Assembly: GCA_041664405.1 (NCBI GenBank)
Contig: JBAYKV010000001.1
Location: 1 to 62,119 of the forward strand
Length of the DNA stretch: 62,119 nucleotides
Direction of reading: 5' to 3'
Source of the DNA: Syntrophales bacterium
GTDB lineage: Bacteria > Desulfobacterota > Syntrophia > Syntrophales > UBA8958
Shown: positions 56,350 to 62,119 of the stretch, in pieces
Layout: the number at the start of each line of letters is the position of its first letter
Numbering within the stretch: position 1 is the stretch's first letter
Translations under genes and position numbers: made by a program
The notes under the pieces: model-generated
Told to the model about the DNA's origin: nothing
The model's input: only the letters and a program-made list of their open reading frames with translations
The model's database searches: none

Positions 56350-57747
56350 ATGGCCAATATCCTGATTATTGATGACGATGCATACATGTCGGAGATGTTG
56401 AGTGATCTTGTGAAACAAATGGGACACAAGGCAGACTTGGCACCAACGTTGTCCAAGGGGTTTCAAATGGTCGCATCAGGGGATTATGATGTTGTCTATC
56501 TAGATGTGATGCTTCCAGACGGCAGTGGATTGGACCTTCTTCCCCGTCTGCAACAGGTCAAATCCTCCCCTGAAGTAATTATAATCACCGCCTTCGGTAA
56601 CCCTGGCGGTGCGGAGACAGCTATACAATGCGGGGCTTGGGACTATATTGAAAAAGCATCCTCCCTCGCTATGCTTACACTGCCACTGGTCCGTGCCCTC
56701 CAATACCGTGCCGAGAAGAAAAAGAACCGCACCCGTATAGTCTTAAAGAGAGAAAACATTATCGGTAACGGCCCAAAGATACGGGCATGCCTGGAAAAGC
56801 TTGCCGATATTGCGGCAAGCGACATGAGTGTTCTCGTGATGGGAGAAACCGGAACCGGGAAAGAGATGTTTTGCAGGGCCATTCATGAAAACAGTGCTAG
56901 ATGCGACAAAGAAATGATCACCATCGATTGCGCCGCCTTGCCCCCGTCGCTGGTTGAAGGGGTTCTGTTTGGGCATGAAAAAGGGGCTTTTACCGGTGCC
57001 GATCATACGCGCGAAGGCTTGATCAAGCTGGCCCATGGTGGTACTCTCTTCCTCGATGAGGTGGGAGAGCTGCCTCTGTCTGTTCAAAAGTCCTTTCTCC
57101 GGGTTCTGCAGGAGCATCGTTTTCGCCCCATCGGAGGCAAAAAAGAAATTTGGAGTGACTTTCGTGTCGTCGCAGCAACCAACCGTGACCTGGATCAAAT
57201 GGTAAAGGAGAAACAATTCAGGAAAGATCTCCTCTATCGACTTCGGTCAACAACGTTATTGCTGCCGCCACTTCGGGAACATCCGGAAGATATACAAGAC
57301 TTGATCCTTTGGTACATGTCCAAGCTGTCAGCCCGTTATTGTACAGAAATGAAAGGTTTCTCTCCTGAATTCATAGAAATACTGGAAGCTTATAACTGGC
57401 CAGGCAATATCCGGGAACTGATCAATACCCTCGACCAGACTTACGCTACCGCCCGCCAAGAACCAACATTGTATAGTAAGCATCTTCCTGAAAACATTCG
57501 TATCCATGTTACACGGACGAAATTTATATCGAGCGATCGGAATGAAAGTAAAGGTACGGTCAGTTCAGCATCATTCAGAGAATGCCGGAGTGCGGTACTT
57601 CTGGATACAGAGTTCCGGTATCTGACTGATCTCATGTCCGAAACGGCTGGTAATGTCAAGAAAGCACTTGCCCTTTCGGGCCTGTCCCGACCGCGACTCT
57701 ATGCATTGCTGAAGAAACACGGTATTTCCAATCCCCATAAATATTAG
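56350..57747 (+). CDS. Sigma54-dependent response regulator (NtrC family)
   Basis: Receiver ILIIDDD...VVYLDVMLPDGSG. AAA+ domain with GETGTGKE, GAFTGA and FLDEVGE motifs. C-terminal HTH. Confidence 0.9.
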   Translation: MANILIIDDDAYMSEMLSDLVKQMGHKADLAPTLSKGFQMVASGDYDVVYLDVMLPDGSGLDLLPRLQQVKSSPEVIIITAFGNPGGAETAIQCGAWDYIEKASSLAMLTLPLVRALQYRAEKKKNRTRIVLKRENIIGNGPKIRACLEKLADIAASDMSVLVMGETGTGKEMFCRAIHENSARCDKEMITIDCAALPPSLVEGVLFGHEKGAFTGADHTREGLIKLAHGGTLFLDEVGELPLSVQKSFLRVLQEHRFRPIGGKKEIWSDFRVVAATNRDLDQMVKEKQFRKDLLYRLRSTTLLLPPLREHPEDIQDLILWYMSKLSARYCTEMKGFSPEFIEILEAYNWPGNIRELINTLDQTYATARQEPTLYSKHLPENIRIHVTRTKFISSDRNESKGTVSSASFRECRSAVLLDTEFRYLTDLMSETAGNVKKALALSGLSRPRLYALLKKHGISNPHKY

Positions 57748-57953
57748 CTGTCTTACAATGAGAGATTGCTGTCTCGTTTTTCAATACAGATTGCAACCAC
57801 TTGTTTCTTGGGCGATTTCCCTTTTATTGCTACTCATTATTAGGTGACGTCTGACACGTTGACGGGACAATTAGTCCATTCCCAGCCTTTCCCCACACCA
57901 ATTAGCGAACATAATCCTTTTGAATTTCATTGGATACATACACCCCGATATAA

Positions 57954-57970
57954 TGGCGCATTACTTGCAT
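57954..57970 (+). promoter_or_regulatory. Sigma54 (-24/-12) promoter
   Basis: TGGCGC-ATTAC-TTGCAT has GG and GC separated by exactly 10 nt, with one mismatch to TGGCAC-N5-TTGCA. It lies 207 nt after the activator gene and 173 nt before kinase paralog C. Confidence 0.7.
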
Positions 57971-58053
57971 TCTATTGGTACGAAAATGGTCCAACCGGAG
58001 CAGGTAATTACATCAACTGAATAGAATTTCAAAGAATTTAATGTCTTTCCCCT

Positions 58054-58098
58054 GGGAAGGGATGCCAAGCGCGAAATTCGGTTTCGGCATCCCTTCCC
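58054..58098 (+). promoter_or_regulatory. 5' leader hairpin between the sigma54 promoter and the kinase start
   Basis: Perfect 13-bp arms GGGAAGGGATGCC / GGCATCCCTTCCC with a 19-nt loop. Confidence 0.5.
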
Positions 58099-58142
58099 TT
58101 AAATAAGAAATATGACAAGGAGCATACAGGGTAGATGAGAAG

Positions 58143-60467
58143 ATGACATTCTTGAAGTCTTCAAAGGAAGAAGTGCAGATAAGCTACGAGGATTACTGTA
58201 AGTTGATTGAAGAGATTCCGCTTCCGATTGTTGTCAGCTCAATCGGGGATAATCGGTGCCTGTATATGAACCAGCATGCTGCTGATCTGTTCGAGGTTCC
58301 TGGCCAAAAAGTTCTGGAAGGTTATACGAACGATTACTATGTTGATCCGGCCAGAAGGCAACAACTCTTGGATTGTCTCCGTGCTGCGGGCCAGGTACAG
58401 AATTTTGAAGTTCTTCTGAAAACCAAATCCGGTCGTACTTTTTGCACGTACATTTCGTCCACTATGACCGTCTTCAAAGACAATCTTGCCGTATGCTCGG
58501 TGTTTAATGACAACACTGACCGCGAGCGAGCTGAAGCAGACGTGAGGAATGCAAACCGGAAGCTTGAGCAAATCATTAATTTTCTACCCGATGCTACTTT
58601 CGTGATCGATAAAAGCGGGAAAGTCATTGCCTGGAATAGGTCGATTGAACAATTGACAGGGATTCCCCAGGCAGAGATGATCGCAAAAAGTGATTATGAA
58701 TATTCAATTCCATTTTATGGTGAGAGAAGACCGATCATGATCGATTTGGTTCTTCTTTCAGATGCGGACTTTGAAAAAAGCAACTATGATGCCTTTCAGA
58801 GAAGGGGTGATACAATTTTTGCCGAATATTACGTTCCCGGAGCATATGCTGGGAAGGGCGCTTATTTAATGGGTACCGCCTCTCCTCTGCTTGATGAAGA
58901 AGGAAACATTGTAGGCGCCATCGAATCTCTTCGTGATGTCACCGGCCATAAGCGGTTGGAGGAGGCGCTAAGAGAGAGTGAGGAGTGCTTCCGGGCTCTG
59001 AGCGAAAATGTGCCCGATATTGTCTTCACGATGAATCTTGACGGGGCCATCACCTATGTGAATCCGTCCTGGAAGCGGGTTTTGGGACACGAAAAGGGAG
59101 AAATAATCGGACACTACTTTGTCGACTTTGCTAAAGAGGATGACAAGAGCACCTATAGAAGAATTTTTAAAAACTTTCGTAACGAAGGTGGAAATATAAC
59201 CAATCATATCGGTGTTCTGCTGACTAAAGAAGGAATGGAACGGGAATTAAACATAAATATGGCCTTCAACCTAAATTCTAAAGGTCAACGTATCGGTGTT
59301 GTGAATTCCATGCAGGATATTACTGAATTCAGAAATATGGAAAATAAGCTCAACCAGGCACGGAAAATGGAATCCATTGGGACCTTGGCCGGGGGTATTG
59401 CCCATAATTTCAACAATCTGCTGATGGGCATTCAGGGTTACGCGTCTTTGATGCTACTGGATCTGGATCAGTCACATCGCCATTATGAATGGTTGAAGCG
59501 GATCGAGGATCAAATCGCAAGCGGGGCCAGCCTCACCAAGCAGTTGCTTGGTTTTGCTCAGGGTGGCCGTTATGAGGTCAAACCGTCAAATATGAATAAT
59601 GTAATCGTCAAGACCGCCATGTTGTTCGGCAGAACAAATAAGGATATCGACATTCATCAACGACTGGAGCAGTGTCTCTGGACCGTTGATGTGGATAGAG
59701 GGCAGATGGAAGAGGTACTGCTAAACCTCTATGTGAATGCCTCGCAGGCCATGCCGGATGGTGGAGATCTTTATCTGGAAACGGAAAATGTAATTCTCGA
59801 TGAGCAGGCGATGCCCTACACGATCAATGCGGGGAAATATGTAAAGGTATCGATCACTGATACAGGGACAGGCATGGACGAGAAGACAAGGGCGCAGATC
59901 TTTGATCCCTTTTTCACGACCAAGGACATGAGTAGAGGGGCCGGCTTAGGATTGCCGATGGCCTATGGAATCATCAAGGGCCATAAGGGGATAATTGACG
60001 TCAGGAGCGATCCTGGTCACGGGACGACCTTCCATATCTATCTTCCGGTTTCAGGGAAAGAAGTTGTCATAGAGGAGCCGGTTTCTGTTGAGGTTATACA
60101 AAGGAAAGAGACGATTCTATTGGTGGATGATGAGAACATGACCTTGGAAGTCACGAAAGAGCTTTTGGAATCCCTTGGTTACCGGATTTATGCCGCCGGG
60201 AGCGGTCAGGACGCCATCGCACTGTATGTGGAGAAAAAAGATGAAATTGCCCTGGTGATTTTGGATATGATCATGCCGGGTATATCCGGCGGGGAGACCT
60301 TCGACCGCCTTCGGAAGATCGATGCTGATGTCAGAGTTATCCTTTCCAGTGGTTACAGCCTGGAAGGCCGGGCGCAACAGATCCTGGATCGAGGCTGCAA
60401 CGGCTTTATCCAGAAACCCTTTAATTTGGATAAACTGTCCGCAAAAGTCAGGGAGATACTGGATTGA
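58143..60467 (+). CDS. Soluble hybrid sensor histidine kinase, paralog C
   Basis: Shared sensor motif IINFLPDATFVIDKSGKVIAWNRSIEQLTG...IPFYGERRP. H-box IAHNFNNLLMGIQGY. DTGTGMDEKTRAQIFDPFFTTK motif. The receiver closely resembles that of paralog A. Confidence 0.85.
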   Translation: MTFLKSSKEEVQISYEDYCKLIEEIPLPIVVSSIGDNRCLYMNQHAADLFEVPGQKVLEGYTNDYYVDPARRQQLLDCLRAAGQVQNFEVLLKTKSGRTFCTYISSTMTVFKDNLAVCSVFNDNTDRERAEADVRNANRKLEQIINFLPDATFVIDKSGKVIAWNRSIEQLTGIPQAEMIAKSDYEYSIPFYGERRPIMIDLVLLSDADFEKSNYDAFQRRGDTIFAEYYVPGAYAGKGAYLMGTASPLLDEEGNIVGAIESLRDVTGHKRLEEALRESEECFRALSENVPDIVFTMNLDGAITYVNPSWKRVLGHEKGEIIGHYFVDFAKEDDKSTYRRIFKNFRNEGGNITNHIGVLLTKEGMERELNINMAFNLNSKGQRIGVVNSMQDITEFRNMENKLNQARKMESIGTLAGGIAHNFNNLLMGIQGYASLMLLDLDQSHRHYEWLKRIEDQIASGASLTKQLLGFAQGGRYEVKPSNMNNVIVKTAMLFGRTNKDIDIHQRLEQCLWTVDVDRGQMEEVLLNLYVNASQAMPDGGDLYLETENVILDEQAMPYTINAGKYVKVSITDTGTGMDEKTRAQIFDPFFTTKDMSRGAGLGLPMAYGIIKGHKGIIDVRSDPGHGTTFHIYLPVSGKEVVIEEPVSVEVIQRKETILLVDDENMTLEVTKELLESLGYRIYAAGSGQDAIALYVEKKDEIALVILDMIMPGISGGETFDRLRKIDADVRVILSSGYSLEGRAQQILDRGCNGFIQKPFNLDKLSAKVREILD

Positions 60468-60799
60468 ACGAAAAGAGAAGATACAATCGATATGATATTG
60501 AGCTTCCCGTCAAGGTTGTGTTTAATGATCCCGGTGGTGTATCAAAACAAATTTGTCTGGAAACCATAAATCTGGCGGCGGAAGGGATTCTGATCAAAAA
60601 GGGAATATCCCTGCCGGAGGGGGCGTTGATAAAGCTTTAAGTCGAGTTTCATTTCGATAATCTAAAAACCACGGAAAATCCGGATGGTACTCTGATTATG
60701 ACCGTTACGGGACATATTATAAGAACCGATAATGCTGGTGTCGCCATTCAATTTGATGAAGATTATGAAATGTCACAATGCCTAAATTTTCTGGAATAG
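60464..60799 (+). pseudogene. PilZ-domain (c-di-GMP receptor-like) gene interrupted by an in-frame TAA at 60638-60640
   Basis: The TTG start overlaps the kinase stop (ATTGA). Hand translation: NEKRRYNRYDIELPV...INLAAEGILIKKGISLPEGALIKL*VEFHF...GHIIRTDNAGVAIQFDEDYE. RRxxxR and N-x-A-x-x-G PilZ signatures lie before the stop, and the typical C-terminal strands lie after it. Confidence 0.6.
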
Positions 60800-61060
60800 A
60801 GGCGTAATAAACAGCTAATCTAATAATGCGACTCTTTTTTACCTACTCGTAAAGAAAGCAAAAATATGACCGGTCGGTCAATCTGTTCATCATCAATGCC
60901 TCCTTTTCTTAAATCAATAAGAAAAAAAATCAAATGATGACTTTCAAACTATGAACTGTCAACCATCATTTTGGTACGTATAGGTATTTGAAAGTAATTG
61001 CCTGAAATTTATAAATAATTCATCCAATATATTTATACTTTGAAGTATAATACTTACAAG

Positions 61061-61092
61061 TATAAATGGGTATCCGGAATGTGTGATGTATA
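61061..61092 (+). repeat. Left inverted repeat bracketing the relBE cassette
   Basis: TATAAATGGGTATCCGGAATGTGTGATGTATA. The 20-nt core ATCCGGAATGTGTGATGTAT is the exact reverse complement of 61918-61937. Confidence 0.75.
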
Positions 61093-61194
61093 AGGGTTAT
61101 TGTTTGCCTTCTTCGAGGAGAAGGATTAGAATTGATATGTCTGCTCCATAGTTGATTGTAGAAGACAATCCGAACGGTTATTTCATATATGCTG

Positions 61195-61234
61195 TTGACA
61201 TTAAGTTTTATGCTTGCTATACTTGTATAGCAAG
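61195..61234 (+). promoter_or_regulatory. relBE promoter with overlapping palindromic operator
   Basis: TTGACA-N17-TATACT (61195-61223). Perfect palindrome CTTGCTATAC-TT-GTATAGCAAG (61213-61234) lies 13 nt before the antitoxin start. Confidence 0.6.
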
Positions 61235-61247
61235 GGAGGGGTAAGAC

Positions 61248-61472
61248 ATGTTAGCTATTAGACTTCCAGAAGAAATTGAGAAAAGGTTGGACATGTTGGC
61301 GAAGGAAACCGGACGCACAAAGACTTTTTATGTCCGCGAAGCAATCCTTGAACATCTTGATGACCTTGAAGACATTTATCTCGCTGAAAAGCGTCTCTTA
61401 GATATCCGCTCCGGTCGAAGCAAATCCATACCGCTAAAAAAAGTGATGGAGCGTTATGGCCTGGAAGATTGA
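61248..61472 (+). CDS. relB: Ribbon-helix-helix antitoxin (RelB/ParD/CopG-like)
   Basis: 74 aa. N-terminal RHH MLAIRLPEEIEKRLDMLAKETGRTKTFYVREAILEHL. Overlaps the toxin gene by 17 nt. Confidence 0.8.
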   Translation: MLAIRLPEEIEKRLDMLAKETGRTKTFYVREAILEHLDDLEDIYLAEKRLLDIRSGRSKSIPLKKVMERYGLED

Positions 61473-61731
61473 GATAGATCCTGCCGCAGATCGGGAATTG
61501 AGCAAACTCGACCGCCAAGCCGCCAAGCGCATTCTAAATTTTTTACACAAAAGGATTGCTCCCATAGATGATCCCCGGAGCATTGGTGAGGCACTGAAAG
61601 GCTCTCAGCTTGGAGAGTTTTGGAAATACCGAGTAGGAGCCTATCGGGTTATCGTTCGTATCGAAGACGCCGTTTTGTTGATTCTCGTTCTCCGAATCGG
61701 ACACCGGAAAAGTGTCTACAAGAAAAATTGA
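61456..61731 (+). CDS. relE: RelE/ParE-family toxin (mRNA interferase)
   Basis: 91 aa. FWKYRVGAYRVIVRIEDAVLLILVLRIGHRKSVY matches the RelE/StbE C-terminal signature (RVGDYRIIY...IGHRKEVY). Confidence 0.85.
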   Translation: MAWKIEIDPAADRELSKLDRQAAKRILNFLHKRIAPIDDPRSIGEALKGSQLGEFWKYRVGAYRVIVRIEDAVLLILVLRIGHRKSVYKKN

Positions 61732-61898
61732 TCACCACCGCTACCTTGTTTCACATCGTTTTGCCGATACTGTTGAGAAAGCCGAGGACATGGGCAAGAT
61801 GGTAAAATATCATGGCTACATCATGTATTTCGGTTTTGCGATGTCGCCACACCTCCCCCTTACCAATCATGAAATCCGATTTGTCAACATAGTGACAG

Positions 61899-61949
61899 GA
61901 GGCTCTTAAAGACAGTCATACATCACACATTCCGGATGCCCGTATAAAT
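61899..61949 (-). repeat. Right inverted repeat bracketing the relBE cassette (extended form)
   Basis: The reverse complement reads TTTATACGGGCATCCGGAATGTGTGATGTATGACTGTCTTTAAGAGCCTC. The core is identical to the left repeat. The inner 20 nt resemble the copy at 11369-11407. Confidence 0.75.
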
Positions 61950-62119
61950 TAGATTACCCAATAAGCCACTTCGCAAATATAGGATCGACTACTTTCCCGC
62001 CCCCGTCGTGTTGTTCGACAAGATCGAATTTTTGTTTAGTGCCACACCAGGGTAGTGTCTCAGTTTGAAATAATTGCTTCTTGAAATGCTTGACCGCTTA
62101 TGCTAAAAAGGAGGCATGA

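Noticed and set aside
61712-62090. 65-aa ORF after relE, and a start-less minus-strand frame (...LPWCGTKQKFDLVEQHDGGGKVVDPIFAKWLIG*) at the window end
   Set aside because: The first overlaps the relE stop and ends inside the right inverted repeat, with no motifs. The second has no start codon before an upstream stop and may be a gene fragment, but I could not assign it.

Overview
This 62.1-kb window has two parts, and no rRNA, tRNA or CRISPR array was recognised in either. Taxonomy is inference only: the gene content resembles an anaerobic, sigma54-rich deltaproteobacterium-like syntroph. GC statements are by eye, not computed.

**Accessory/defence island (about 2.1-16.3 kb).** This stretch is visibly AT-rich. 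It follows a truncated DUF1566-repeat surface-protein gene (1-1911, minus strand), which is missing from the ORF track because it runs off the window edge. The island carries:
- a secreted endonuclease I gene with a tightly linked 93-aa gene
- an IHF/HU-like gene
- a phospholipase C/P1-nuclease-like gene overlapping a lipoprotein gene
- a complete four-gene type II CBASS operon (CD-NTase, Cap2, Cap3, patatin effector) lying between two gene remnants (MinD/ParA-like and HicB-like)
- a three-gene module of a 55-aa zinc ribbon, a 216-aa unknown and an 854-aa single-chain nuclease-methyltransferase (type IIG/IIL-like)
- an orphan 156-aa Cys-rich gene in very AT-rich DNA

**Core-like DNA (about 16.8-60.8 kb).** This part is dominated by acyl-CoA metabolism and signalling.
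- Metabolism: crotonase, hbd, three acyl-CoA dehydrogenases, thiolase, an OYE/FadH-like reductase and a liu-like set. The liu-like set has a three-way split carboxylase (biotin carboxylase, carboxyltransferase, 71-aa biotin carrier). It also includes HMG-CoA-lyase-like, BKACE and MaoC genes, three CoA-transferases and an HdrD-like Fe-S protein. leuA-leuC-leuD follow directly.
- Signalling: three paralogous soluble hybrid histidine kinases, one GAF-PAS kinase, two sigma54 activators, two MCPs and cheW.

**Right edge.** A relBE module is bracketed by roughly 32-bp inverted repeats, and a third copy of that repeat sits beside the restriction module.

**Signals not explained by genes.**
- A 36-bp palindrome family occurs in three copies, two of which share a 62-nt tail.
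- Two well-formed sigma54 promoters are present.
- A PilZ gene is split by an in-frame TAA.
- A 5' leader hairpin contains a mini-ORF.

**Best candidates for something undescribed.** These are the zinc-ribbon/216-aa/type IIG module, the palindrome-plus-tail element and the inverted-repeat-bounded TA cassette motif.
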